A stretch of DNA of 64,000 nt, from positions 1 through 64,000 of the IMG/VR virus record IMGVR_UViG_3300026766_000001; one strand, given 5' to 3'. This document shows, piece by piece, positions 16,992 through 27,357 of this stretch (position 1 is its first letter; each line of letters begins with the position of its first letter). The position numbers and the translations under genes were made by a program. The notes beneath the pieces were generated by a model that had not been told where the DNA came from, searched no databases, and saw nothing but the letters and a program-made list of their open reading frames with translations. The stretch comes from a virus. Its lineage: Duplodnaviria > Caudoviricetes.

Positions 16992-19900
16992 CTATTCTTC
17001 GACCAGTAGTTTACCATCCTCGGTTATAAAGGCCACTCCTGCCTCCGTCTCGAGCGCGATCGGCGGGTTGTTTCCCCAGAGTCCGAGCCTCGACAACCCG
17101 AAAGTGCTACCCGGGAGGCCGGATGCCCGGCTCATCTCGAAGGAGCGAGACAACTCGGCAGCGCGGAAGCTGCTGCCGTTGCCGAGCCCGTTCGGTCCGA
17201 TGACCAGGACCTCGTCGGTGAGCCTCAGGAGGAGGGCCCGTTCTACCGAGGAAAGACGCGCGACCGCGCGATCAGCGGAGAGGCGGGATCGTAGCATCGT
17301 CGCGGCACGTTTCGCGTCGAACTCCCGCTCCAGGAAGGACCAGGCGAGAGGCAGTTCCCTGGCATTCCGGTCGTCCGCCCTCTCAGCCGAGTTGCTGGCT
17401 GGCGCGATTCTACCTAGCTCCTTGAGCGCAATCCTGGCGTTTCCAGTGACAGAACCCGTGATCTCGCTCTCAGTCAAGGGCCTCCAGACCTTCGCATATC
17501 CGAGCGGCACGGACCAGGTCGCTCTCCCGTCCTGTTGCTCATCCAGGAGTGCGTTGACAGTGGAGTAGAGGTCGATAGTCATCGCTGGAGCCCACCGACA
17601 CCCTATCATAGTGCCGTAGGTCCCCGAGACCAAGTCTTTGCAGCGATGCCCGGCGCCTTCCGACAACGGCGCGTGAAACTCCAGGCCAGAAGATCCCGGC
17701 ACAACCGGCGCATCCACTATGGTTTGGAGTTCCGCGTCGGTGAGGGCCCGGTTCCAGCGTGTCGTCTCGGACATTGCGCCCCAGAAACCAGAGAACAAGC
17801 TACCGCCTACAGCGCCGTTTCCAAGGCGGAGATTCTGAGTTGCCGGCGGAGAATACGATCCGACAATTTCAGAATTGGCTACCATTGTTACGGCACCGAA
17901 AACCTTGCCGACGAGCAACCTCTGCCGCAGGGTAGGGCTGGCGTTCGTTGGGTCTCGAATGACGGCCACCAGGTACCAGCCATCGAAGTCGACGGCTTGG
18001 GACGGACTGACAAGCGCCGCGAGAGACGACAGTTGCTGAGCCACGAGCCTGCCGTTTCCTCCGAATGCCATCGCGAGATGAATATAATTATCGATCAACC
18101 CCTGTAGCCGGCCGGCGTAGCCGTCGACCTGCACCCCCCATGGTTTCACCCACGTGGTGTAAGTGAAGGTGGCGCCAGGCCCATCCAGTCCCTCCCACGT
18201 GATGCCGGCGTCGGCATGGCCGAGAAACTCCACACACGGCACATTGCTGCCGTAAGGACCCGGCAGTACGGTAGGCAGCAGGAACCCCGGCAAGAGTCTC
18301 CCCGATTCATCTTGTCCGAGGTACACCCCGACCGGGCCCATGGCTTCCCGCAAGAAGGCGCCGACGTTCGTTCCGTTGGTATAGGTGTAGCCAGACCGCC
18401 ACGGCAGGAGGAGCTTCATCGCATCCCATTCGGAATCGGCAAGGTCACGCGTAGCCTCCAGATCCGTGCGCGCCAACAAGAACCTCTGCACTAGTTGCGC
18501 TATGTAATAATTCTGATTATCCTCGGTTTCTCCGAACCCTCCGGTGGCGCCGAGAAGGTCGATCGTGAAGGGTTCCGACTTCGTGCTCAGCGCTACTGTT
18601 TGGATGATGCCGTTGCCCTGATTCGAGTAGTCGGTGGGTTCCGCCAAGAGGGCTCCTTGCGCCTTAACAACATAGAAGCCCACCACCGACCGATCTGCGT
18701 ATTCGTACCGCCCGTTGACGGAATCAATCTTTCTCATGGCGGCTTGGAGCAGCACGCCATCGCTGATAACTCGAGGCTGGCCAGCCTGCTCCGGTAAGCC
18801 CAGGTCGGTTGGCACCCAAAGGAACGTCCCCGAGAGAGTGGCATTATTGGCATTAATCGAATAATCGGTTACGGCGCTGCCTAACCCTTCGTTGCCCGGC
18901 CAGACCGCCACCGAGCTGTCTCTCGCCTCGCCGAGCCAGGTGGCGAATTCGTCGCGCGCCTGAGCGGGCGAGATGTACCCATAGATGCGATGGTCGCAGA
19001 GCAGATCGGTGGTCGCGTTAGCGCCCCATGTGACCGAGGCGGCCTGCGTGTCCGGCGCACCGTCGCTGCTCGCCTGCAGCAGAGTTTCCGCGACCAGCGG
19101 GTCCACGTGGAGGATCAGGAGATACCTCCCCTCAGTGGTGCTGTGCCCGTAGACTGCGACGTGGAAGAGGCCGTCGTTCAGGCCGGAGGGCGAGGTCAAG
19201 AGGTTCAATCCCGCCACGCCGCCCACCGACGTGCTGCCCGAAACGCTGCCGTCAGTGGCCATCCGCAGGGCGTAGTTCTGATTCGTCACGCTCAGTTGCT
19301 TGACCAGGAGGTCCACGGCGGCGGACGGCGATCCGCTCACCCTGAACGCGCACCCGACAGCGAAGTTCACCAGGTCGTAGGCGTCGATATGCGCCGCCAC
19401 CGCCGCGCCGCCGTTGAAGCTCGGGCCGACCGGATTCCCTCGATACCGAGGGATGAGCGCTGGCCTGTCCAACCTCTCGGAGGGGGAAGCCAGCTGGAAT
19501 CGCACCTCGTCGCCGATGGCGGGATTAGCCGCGATCATGGCAGTGCACACCACCTCGAATGCCCGATGCGGTTTTCCGACCTCGCCCATGCGCAAGGTCA
19601 GCCGCCGTCCGCTGAAGCTCTTAGAACGGATCAGGTACGGAGAATTGCTCAGTTTCGAGCTTCGATTCTTCAGAGACACTGAAGATGGAACCGTCAGTCC
19701 AAATCCGCCGAAGAGCACGTCCTCGTCCAGGCGCTCGGTGATCTCACCGGGAGGCAGGAGGATAGCTTCCATGGTAGTGTTGGCCGGGTAGTCTTCCGGT
19801 CCGGTGCCAACCTCTACGAAGGAAGCCCACAGGGAGTTTTCAACGTCGGTTACGCGATCTCGCTGCTCGATCTCTGCCGTGATGTTCAATTCTGCCGCGG

Positions 19901-20558
19901 TGTCCGCCAAGGCCGCCGCTAGACTGCGGTGCGTAAAGGCCGCAGCCGTAGCGCCGCCGGTTGCACAATTGAATTGCTCGTAAAGTAGTCGGACGACGGC
20001 GGCTTGATCGATCGCTAGCCCTGGTGAGCCGGTCGCCAGCGCTGCGTCGACTACCGAGATGTCCCACGGCGACGGCTCAATCGCGTCGAGAGCCCACGCC
20101 TTGGCGGAGATGGTCGTAAGACCGCCACGCAGACGGACCCAATACCAACGGGAATCGCTGATCGTGCGCGTGGCGGTCGCCAGTACGGTCTCTGCGCCGG
20201 CTGCCCACTTGACCAGCTGGATCTGCGTGGCGCTCGAGCGCTTGACCACATAGGCGTTTACGCTCCCGGCGCTGCCCGAGCCGCGAATGGCGGCCAAGGC
20301 CTCGAACCCGTCGCCGGGGGTGTCGATCCTGACTAAAGCCAGTACCTCCTGCGCGGCGAGGTCGGACGCCGCGTCCAGGGCACCGAAGAGCCAGAGCTCC
20401 TTACCGGTAGACGACCCTCGGAGGTCGAAGAACCGCTTACGGCGCGGATCCACGAAGGGCCCGTCCACGATCAGCGTGGAGGAGGAGCCGATGAGATTCC
20501 AGTCCGACGGACTCCGGCCCTTCAGGTACTCGCGCGCGTCTGAGCCTACGCCGGCCAT
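16992..20558 (-). CDS. Tail tip/central host-specificity protein with LamG-like domains
   Basis: 1188 aa directly after the tape measure; FTYTTWVK..W..VA......G.MSE...WNRALT..E LamG pattern. Confidence 0.75.
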   Translation of the reverse strand: MAGVGSDAREYLKGRSPSDWNLIGSSSTLIVDGPFVDPRRKRFFDLRGSSTGKELWLFGALDAASDLAAQEVLALVRIDTPGDGFEALAAIRGSGSAGSVNAYVVKRSSATQIQLVKWAAGAETVLATATRTISDSRWYWVRLRGGLTTISAKAWALDAIEPSPWDISVVDAALATGSPGLAIDQAAVVRLLYEQFNCATGGATAAAFTHRSLAAALADTAAELNITAEIEQRDRVTDVENSLWASFVEVGTGPEDYPANTTMEAILLPPGEITERLDEDVLFGGFGLTVPSSVSLKNRSSKLSNSPYLIRSKSFSGRRLTLRMGEVGKPHRAFEVVCTAMIAANPAIGDEVRFQLASPSERLDRPALIPRYRGNPVGPSFNGGAAVAAHIDAYDLVNFAVGCAFRVSGSPSAAVDLLVKQLSVTNQNYALRMATDGSVSGSTSVGGVAGLNLLTSPSGLNDGLFHVAVYGHSTTEGRYLLILHVDPLVAETLLQASSDGAPDTQAASVTWGANATTDLLCDHRIYGYISPAQARDEFATWLGEARDSSVAVWPGNEGLGSAVTDYSINANNATLSGTFLWVPTDLGLPEQAGQPRVISDGVLLQAAMRKIDSVNGRYEYADRSVVGFYVVKAQGALLAEPTDYSNQGNGIIQTVALSTKSEPFTIDLLGATGGFGETEDNQNYYIAQLVQRFLLARTDLEATRDLADSEWDAMKLLLPWRSGYTYTNGTNVGAFLREAMGPVGVYLGQDESGRLLPGFLLPTVLPGPYGSNVPCVEFLGHADAGITWEGLDGPGATFTYTTWVKPWGVQVDGYAGRLQGLIDNYIHLAMAFGGNGRLVAQQLSSLAALVSPSQAVDFDGWYLVAVIRDPTNASPTLRQRLLVGKVFGAVTMVANSEIVGSYSPPATQNLRLGNGAVGGSLFSGFWGAMSETTRWNRALTDAELQTIVDAPVVPGSSGLEFHAPLSEGAGHRCKDLVSGTYGTMIGCRWAPAMTIDLYSTVNALLDEQQDGRATWSVPLGYAKVWRPLTESEITGSVTGNARIALKELGRIAPASNSAERADDRNARELPLAWSFLEREFDAKRAATMLRSRLSADRAVARLSSVERALLLRLTDEVLVIGPNGLGNGSSFRAAELSRSFEMSRASGLPGSTFGLSRLGLWGNNPPIALETEAGVAFITEDGKLLVEE

Positions 20559-20570
20559 AAATCCGTTTGC

Positions 20571-23500
20571 TTAATTGAAGGCGGACAAGACCCTGACGAC
20601 TAACGGGATTTCACTCCTCAGTTCAGACACCTCGTCGCGGGTATTCTCGGTCGCTCGTCGAATTCCGCGCAGCTCAATGATGGAGTCACCGTGCCCGACC
20701 TGCAGCTGCGTGACCACCGGGTCCAAGCTGCTCGCCGCGATGCTCAGCGGTGCCGGTTGCTGCGTCGCGCCAGTCTCGGCCCCCAAGCCGCCGAACTGCT
20801 CCAGAACCCGGTTGAGCATGTCGTTGGCGGACTTGAAGATATCACGGAAGCCCTGGCCGGCCACAGGCGTCACGGTCTGGGCCTCCTGGAGAAGTTGCTG
20901 GATGAGCTCCGGGAACTTGTCCAGCCCCTCTGCGTTTCCGCCCATCAGGGTGGCGAAGGCGGTCCCCACCCTGCCCTGGATGTCGGCGAAGCGCTCCAGC
21001 GGCTTCAGAGGGGAGACGTCAGAGAGGTTCATGCTGTCCAGCATGTCCCGCACCCCCTGGAGGTGCTGGTCGATCACCTGTTGGAGGGCGATGGCGTGGG
21101 CCTTTTCGAGATCCGTCGTGTTGCCCACCACCTTGCGCAGCTCGTCGAACTCCGCGTTGACCGCCTTGATCTCGCGAGCCATGGGGGAGAGGACGGAATC
21201 CAAGATCTCCTGGATGCGCCGCTGGGCATTGGCGACGTCGGAGCTACCGGTCCCCGTCCCGCCGGCATCGGGGATCCATTTCCAGCCGAAGCCGGTCCAC
21301 TGCCAGTGCCCACCCTGCCCCTCGCCGCCTGGAGTTCCGGGCTCGCCGCCGCCGCCGGTGCCGCCGGCCCCACCGCCACCCCCGGGACCGAAGAGGGCCG
21401 GCCCGGCCTCGATCACCTTCGTGATCAGAATGTCTAGGGGTCCCGTTATGGCCCTGATCCTTTCTTCCGTATACCCAAGCGCGCGCATCGCGAGCTCGAT
21501 CTCTTGGCGGCGCATCTGCAGCTCTAGGACGGCCAGGTCGTACTTGAGCTGAGCCGCCTCCTTGTCCATCCCCAGCAGTTGGTAGAGGTCGAGGAAGAGT
21601 TGCCCTGTAGCGGTCGCGAGCGAGCTCTCCTTCTGCCGGCGAGCTGCCGCCTCGATCTCGGTCCGCACCCGGTGGAAGACGTCCGCGGAGATCCGGCCGG
21701 CCGCCATCAGCTCTTCGTTGTCGCGAATCAGCTTGGCCGCGTTGGCGTCCAGCTGCGCGAAGCCGGCGAGCAGCGGGCCACCCAGAGCGGTCCCCGCGTT
21801 GATGAACTGCTGGGTCGCCCGATCCACGCCGTCCTGGATCGATTGCAGGGCAGCTTCCCCCTGGCGAGCGGCCTCGGCCAGGAGGCGCGCCGTCTCCGCC
21901 GCCGCGAAGCCCGCGGCACGGATCCGGTCGGACAGGTCGCGGAAATGCTGCTGCGAGGCAAGAATCGCCCTACCGGTCTCCCCCATGCCCTCCGCGGCCA
22001 CCTCCTCGCGCAGGTCCCGCTGGGCCTGGGCCCGCTCCGCGCGCGACTGCCCGCCACCGCGTCCGCCCCGCGGGGCCTTGCCGCCGGCCGCCGCCATGGC
22101 AGCGTCGTACGCGTCCTGCCACATCTGGGCGTAGGCGTCCCACATCCCGAGGGCGACGATCTGGGCCTTGATCGCCTGGAGCTGGATCTCGACCATGAAC
22201 TTGGCCCACTTCACTCGGTCGGCCTCGTACTTCTGAGAGCCCTCCAAGAAGCGGTAGAGGGTCTGGAAGATGCCCAGGCTGATCTGGTCCTGGGTCAAGG
22301 CCTCGGGAATCTTGTTGAGCTCGTCGACGTAGGCGGCCAGCACCTCGCGCAGGTGCGCCAGCGCGGCGTCGTACTCCGACAGGTCCTTGTCGCGGATGCC
22401 GCCCGGGGTCTCCGGGCCGCCGGCCGTCCCCTCGCGGCCGGACTGTTGCCGGCGGCGCTCCATGTCGGCGATCTGCCGCTGAGTCTCCTCGATCTGAAGC
22501 TGCAGCTCGGCTCGACGGGCAACGGCGGACTCGGCGATGCCGCGGTTCAAGCTCACCAGCGAGGCGAGGTACTCGGAGGCCGACATGTCGATGCCGAGCG
22601 CGGCGTAGATCATCGCCTGGCGCTCGCGCTCGCGGGCCGCCACCGTCGCGTCGATCGCGAGGCCCAGCCGCTGCTCCCCCTCGATCTGGGCCCGGTAGCG
22701 GTCGTCGATGCCCATGTAGCGCGCGCCAGCGTCTCCCAGGCGATCGTTTCTGGCCTGGAGTCCGACCGCGAGGTCGGCCTGAAACTGGTCCATCGTCCGC
22801 GCCACGCTGTTGTGGATGGCCAACCGCACCTCGGGGGAGAGCCCGGCAATGTCGCTCTGCTTGACGGCCTGGATCATCGCGAATTCCATCGCGGCCTGCT
22901 GGTCCTTGCCGAAGTGCTCCACCATGCCGTCGGCGAGCCTCACGTACCAGTCCGTCTTCTTGCCCTGCCCTCGGCGGCCAACGGACAGCGACCCCTCGAA
23001 CCCGGTGATGATGCCACCCAGGCCAGCGACGAACTGCCCGACAGCGTCCACCAACTGCATTAGGTTGTCCTGCACCTGGCGCAGGCGCCTGGCGTCGCCT
23101 CTGACGTTGGTCACCGCGAGGTGGCCGGCCTGTCCGAGACCAATAGAGGCCTCCGCCACCACGGTGCCAGCCGTTTTGATCCAGTTCTTGACGACGAGGT
23201 AAACCACCGCGAAAACTGCCACCCATGCGCCCACACCCACCGCCGCCCCCGCAGCCCCACCACCATAAGCGGATCCTCCGAAGAGGCCACCCCAGCCGGC
23301 TCCGCCGGGCGCTGCGAACATGCCGCCGGCTCCGCCTGCCACGCCAGCGCTCCCGCCGAGAGCTCCAATCGCGCTCATTCCGCCGGTCACCCCGCCCGCT
23401 CCACTGCTCCCCGCAGCCGCGCCTGCAAGGCGCGTAGCAGCCATCGCCCTCTGCATGACCACCCACCGGGCGAACATCTCGATCAGCGCGCGGACCCACA

Positions 23501-26500
23501 TCTCGAGGAGCCGGCGCATGAATTCCTTCCAGGAGACCTCCGCCCCGAGGATCAGGTCGCCGATGACCCCTTTGATTTCCTCGCCCGTCTGCCGCCATGC
23601 CTCCTGAATCGGTTCCATGGCCCGCGCCACGAGCTCCAGTTGGGCCTGTTGGGCGCGCAGCGCGGTGTCGACTTCGTGGACGCCGCGGATCTCATTCTCG
23701 ACGGCCAGGCGCTGCAGTAAGAGCTGTCGGTTCTGCTCGTCGGAGAGTTGGGCGTTGAACTCGAGCCCCCTCTCCCGGATAGCGGCCAGCACCTCCTCCT
23801 GGATAGCCAGCTCCTCGGTAGCCCGGGAGAGCAGTCCGTAACGTTCCAGGATGCCGGCCACCTCGGAGCCGTAGAGGCTGGCGGCCGCGGCCTGGGCCTT
23901 CCAGTCGACGAGAGCGGCCCGAGCGCCCGCCTGGCGCCGCCTGGTCTCCGCCAAGGCCTCCTCCGCGGCAATCTGGGCGCGCAGGGACCTCTCCGCCTCG
24001 TGCTGCGCGCGCACCTCGTCGAGGATGGCCTTGGCCCGGTCGCTGCTCGCCGCCTGACCTTCTGCCAGCCGTCGCTTCTCCGCCTCCAGCGCCACGGCCC
24101 GGTTGCGGCTCGCCACGGTGCTCTGGGCGACGGCATCCGCGAGTTGCGCCTCCAGGTCCTTCAACCGGCCCTCGGCTTCTCTCTGCCGCTCGATCGCTTG
24201 GACGTTGAGCTGTACGGAGCGGTTGTACTCGGCGCGTTTCAGGATTTCGCTTGCCAGTTGCGCGACGTAGGCTCGATCCAACTCGAACCCTTGCCCCTTG
24301 GCGATCTTGAGAGCCTCGGCTTCGGCCTCTTGCCGTCGCATCGCCTCGGTCGAGCCCGTGAGGGCTTCCTGAAGTTTCATCTCGCCGTCGGCGAAGGCGG
24401 TGTCGGACTGCTCGGTCTGCTCCCGCAGGGTTTTGTTGACCTCCTGCTGGCGAGCCCACCGCTGCTCGGTCGCGATCAGTTCTTCGATCTTGCGACGCAG
24501 AATCTCGCGCTTCTCCGCGCTCATCTTGTGGAGGGCGGCCACCTCGTTGAGGGCGGTCGCTTCGCGATCGAGCACGTCGGTAGCCGCCTTAACGGTCGCG
24601 GATCCATAGATTTCGGCTTCCGCAAGAACCTTGCGCTTCTTGATCGCCAGCTCGTGCTTCTCGATCAGGTCGGCCACTTTCTGGCCGAGCTTGTCGGTCT
24701 CGTCGGCCATCGTCTTCGTTTTCTTGGCGCCCTTGTCGAGCTCCACTTGCAGCAGCGCAAGCGCCTCCTTGGAGTGCTGAAATTCGATCGCTTCGGTCCG
24801 TCCAGCCTGCGCGAGCCTTTGAGCCGCCTGCTCGGCAGCCCTGAGCTTGACGACGGCTTGGTCCGGCACGAGGTGGGCCACCATGCCCTCCCCGGTCCGC
24901 TCCCAAACGGTCTGCGTCGGACCGTGGCCGGCCGCGGCGGCGCGCGCTGCTTCGAGCACGTCGAGCGAGGCAACGTATTGCGCGTTGTGCTGAAGGATCA
25001 ACGCCTGGCGGTTCGCCAAGGCCGCCTTCTCGTTGTCGATGAACGCCTGCGTCTGGCTTCTCAAGGTGTCAATGTCGCGGTCCCGGGCCTCCCGGGCGAG
25101 GTCGACGACGCGCTTCTCGTCCGCGGTCCCACGCGCGGATAGGCGCCGGGCCTCGTACAAGCGCTGGATCGCCGCCAGTTCGTATCCATAGGAGCCGGGG
25201 CCGGTCGCAAGGACCGTCTCCCCTACTGCCGCCGCAGCGCGTACGCCGTGAAATCGTTGCTTGCTCTTGGTGACCGTGTCGTACTGCTCGCGCAGTTTGG
25301 CCAAGGCGACGGAGTCCTGGTTGGCTCGGGCGACCTCCTCCAGATACTGCTCGTTCTGTTGGCGCGAGACGTCGATCAGGTGGCGAATCCAGACCACCAG
25401 GCCGGCGATGGCTACCGCTGCGATCGCATACGGGTTGAGCAAGAGCGCCGCGTTCATGCCGAGGATTCGAAGCTCTGCCAGTGCAGCAGCGGCACCCATC
25501 TCGATGATCTTGAGGGTCACCGAATACAGCCACGCGGCAACCTGCAGGGCCATCAGGGCGACGATGGCGTCCCGCAGGAGGCGCCAGTTCTTTACGAACC
25601 AGACGAGCAGGTCGATCGCCGCTTTGATCAAGCTCGCCAGTTTTTGACCGAGGGCGGCGGAGGCGTGCGCCGCCATTTCGTTGAATAGATCGGTGATCTC
25701 GCGCAGCCCGTCGGCGATGGCTGCCGTTGCGCCGCCCTGGCCGACCTGGTCTGCGAAATTGGAGAAGGCGTCCTTGAGGTTGGACAGCGCGCCGGCGGCG
25801 CTCTTGGATTGGCGCTCCATGCCGCCGGCGAACTCAGTCTCGCCGATTTTTGCAAGGTAACCCACGATGGCGTCGGTGTCGCGCTTCATCGTGGTCGTGA
25901 CACCGTGGAAGGTAAAACTGATCTGTTGCCCCTGAATATGGGCTACGATACCGAACCGCTTCAACATTTCGGTTTCGCCGGTCGCCGCACCGATCACGGC
26001 CTGCGTGTAATCGGTGATGTCGCGGCCAAACGCGCTGGCCGTGTCACCCAGGGCGCGCAACAACCTCTCGGTTGGCGCGATGCCCACCGCAGACAGCATG
26101 GTAAAGGCGGTCGTAATATTCTGAACCTCGAAGGGCGTGGTGATCGCGAACCGCTTTATCATGTCGAAGGCGGCCGCGGCGGACTCGGCGGAGCCCGTCA
26201 CGGTACGTAGTTGGAGACGTAGCTGCTCGAATTCGGTCGCCTTGACCACAACGGCTGTGATACCGGCCACCACCAGGGTGAAGGCCGCGGCAAGACCGAT
26301 CAAAAGAGGGCGAATAGACGACGTCGCCTCTGCCGTCGCGCGCTGGCTCTTGTTGAGGCGATCGTGCTCGGCCGTCGCCTTGGCGATGCTCTCCTTGTAG
26401 GCGGCTTGCGCGCGAGCGTTCGCCTCGAGCTGTCGGTGTTCGGCGCTACCCAGGGCGATGCCAGCGCGAATGGCCTCGTTCTCGGCCGCTACCGCCGTCT

Positions 26501-26795
26501 GCATTTTTCGGTAGGCTTCCGCGGACATCTGCGCCGCGAGGGAGAGGCGACGCAACTGATCGGTCTCCCGGTTGCTCGCGGCGATGGCCGCCGCCTGCGC
26601 ATGGAGCATGCGCTCCATGGTCGCGAGAGCCTGCCTCTGCGCCGTGCTCAACTCGGACGTCGCGCGGGCGGCTTGGCGCTCCCCGTCAGCGAGATGCCGA
26701 GCACCCTCGCCACCCTGACGCATCTCGGTGGCAGCTCGGCTTACGCCGAGGTTCTCGGTGCCAAGCCTCAGGTTGATGCGGAGGTCACTTGCCAT
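20571..26795 (-). CDS. Tape measure protein
   Basis: 2074 aa, helical and Ala-rich; FDMIKRFAITTPFEVQNIT.AF tape-measure motif; hydrophobic central segments. Confidence 0.95.
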   Translation of the reverse strand: MASDLRINLRLGTENLGVSRAATEMRQGGEGARHLADGERQAARATSELSTAQRQALATMERMLHAQAAAIAASNRETDQLRRLSLAAQMSAEAYRKMQTAVAAENEAIRAGIALGSAEHRQLEANARAQAAYKESIAKATAEHDRLNKSQRATAEATSSIRPLLIGLAAAFTLVVAGITAVVVKATEFEQLRLQLRTVTGSAESAAAAFDMIKRFAITTPFEVQNITTAFTMLSAVGIAPTERLLRALGDTASAFGRDITDYTQAVIGAATGETEMLKRFGIVAHIQGQQISFTFHGVTTTMKRDTDAIVGYLAKIGETEFAGGMERQSKSAAGALSNLKDAFSNFADQVGQGGATAAIADGLREITDLFNEMAAHASAALGQKLASLIKAAIDLLVWFVKNWRLLRDAIVALMALQVAAWLYSVTLKIIEMGAAAALAELRILGMNAALLLNPYAIAAVAIAGLVVWIRHLIDVSRQQNEQYLEEVARANQDSVALAKLREQYDTVTKSKQRFHGVRAAAAVGETVLATGPGSYGYELAAIQRLYEARRLSARGTADEKRVVDLAREARDRDIDTLRSQTQAFIDNEKAALANRQALILQHNAQYVASLDVLEAARAAAAGHGPTQTVWERTGEGMVAHLVPDQAVVKLRAAEQAAQRLAQAGRTEAIEFQHSKEALALLQVELDKGAKKTKTMADETDKLGQKVADLIEKHELAIKKRKVLAEAEIYGSATVKAATDVLDREATALNEVAALHKMSAEKREILRRKIEELIATEQRWARQQEVNKTLREQTEQSDTAFADGEMKLQEALTGSTEAMRRQEAEAEALKIAKGQGFELDRAYVAQLASEILKRAEYNRSVQLNVQAIERQREAEGRLKDLEAQLADAVAQSTVASRNRAVALEAEKRRLAEGQAASSDRAKAILDEVRAQHEAERSLRAQIAAEEALAETRRRQAGARAALVDWKAQAAAASLYGSEVAGILERYGLLSRATEELAIQEEVLAAIRERGLEFNAQLSDEQNRQLLLQRLAVENEIRGVHEVDTALRAQQAQLELVARAMEPIQEAWRQTGEEIKGVIGDLILGAEVSWKEFMRRLLEMWVRALIEMFARWVVMQRAMAATRLAGAAAGSSGAGGVTGGMSAIGALGGSAGVAGGAGGMFAAPGGAGWGGLFGGSAYGGGAAGAAVGVGAWVAVFAVVYLVVKNWIKTAGTVVAEASIGLGQAGHLAVTNVRGDARRLRQVQDNLMQLVDAVGQFVAGLGGIITGFEGSLSVGRRGQGKKTDWYVRLADGMVEHFGKDQQAAMEFAMIQAVKQSDIAGLSPEVRLAIHNSVARTMDQFQADLAVGLQARNDRLGDAGARYMGIDDRYRAQIEGEQRLGLAIDATVAARERERQAMIYAALGIDMSASEYLASLVSLNRGIAESAVARRAELQLQIEETQRQIADMERRRQQSGREGTAGGPETPGGIRDKDLSEYDAALAHLREVLAAYVDELNKIPEALTQDQISLGIFQTLYRFLEGSQKYEADRVKWAKFMVEIQLQAIKAQIVALGMWDAYAQMWQDAYDAAMAAAGGKAPRGGRGGGQSRAERAQAQRDLREEVAAEGMGETGRAILASQQHFRDLSDRIRAAGFAAAETARLLAEAARQGEAALQSIQDGVDRATQQFINAGTALGGPLLAGFAQLDANAAKLIRDNEELMAAGRISADVFHRVRTEIEAAARRQKESSLATATGQLFLDLYQLLGMDKEAAQLKYDLAVLELQMRRQEIELAMRALGYTEERIRAITGPLDILITKVIEAGPALFGPGGGGGAGGTGGGGEPGTPGGEGQGGHWQWTGFGWKWIPDAGGTGTGSSDVANAQRRIQEILDSVLSPMAREIKAVNAEFDELRKVVGNTTDLEKAHAIALQQVIDQHLQGVRDMLDSMNLSDVSPLKPLERFADIQGRVGTAFATLMGGNAEGLDKFPELIQQLLQEAQTVTPVAGQGFRDIFKSANDMLNRVLEQFGGLGAETGATQQPAPLSIAASSLDPVVTQLQVGHGDSIIELRGIRRATENTRDEVSELRSEIPLVVRVLSAFN

Positions 26796-27357
26796 CGGAG
26801 TCCCCCGCGGTTTTCATTTGCTCAGAATGGTAAGCGGCGCGCTCGTTAGCGATCGCGAGGACTAACTCTTCCCAGAAGAGCAGTTCCGCGGGCTCGACCA
26901 CTCCGTGGCGTCGCAGAAACGCCTCGAAGTCAACGCCCAGGAGAACCGCGCCGTTCTCGTCGTGGGGAAGCCGGCCCTCCACCTCCCAGACCACCATCAA
27001 CTCCCAGGACAGCGCAGGGACCGTCTTCGGATCGCCGTCTTCGTCCTCTGCGTCCTCGCCGTAGAGCAACTTTTCCATGGTGAGGACGTGGAGCGTGACG
27101 GGTTCCCCCGAGGAGTGCCGGGCCGTGGCAGGGCAGCGAGTGAGGTCGAAGGCAAGCCCGCAGGCGTGGCATTCTCCTTCCTCCTCGCATTTCCGACCGC
27201 AGCTCGGGCACTCCTCGGGGTCCCAAATAGCTCCACACCCGTCACAGATCAGCTTGCCGGCGTCGCGGACGAAGGCGTCGCGTTCGTCTCGGGACCGACT
27301 GAGCCAGTCTGCGTGGACCCAGCGGGTGTAGGCGCTGAGTCCGATTGGGCGTTTTCC
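26785..27357 (-). CDS. Tail assembly chaperone T segment, expressed as a G-T fusion by -1 frameshift
   Basis: Overlaps G in the -1 frame; candidate slippery G GAA AAC at 27357-27351; two CxxC pairs. Confidence 0.7.
   Translation of the reverse strand, partial: GKRPIGLSAYTRWVHADWLSRSRDERDAFVRDAGKLICDGCGAIWDPEECPSCGRKCEEEGECHACGLAFDLTRCPATARHSSGEPVTLHVLTMEKLLYGEDAEDEDGDPKTVPALSWELMVVWEVEGRLPHDENGAVLLGVDFEAFLRRHGVVEPAELLFWEELVLAIANERAAYHSEQMKTAGDSDGK

Noticed and set aside
20575-26849. Long plus-strand ORFs opposite the tape measure and other structural genes
   Set aside because: Antisense shadows expected in high-GC coding DNA; no motifs or RBS support
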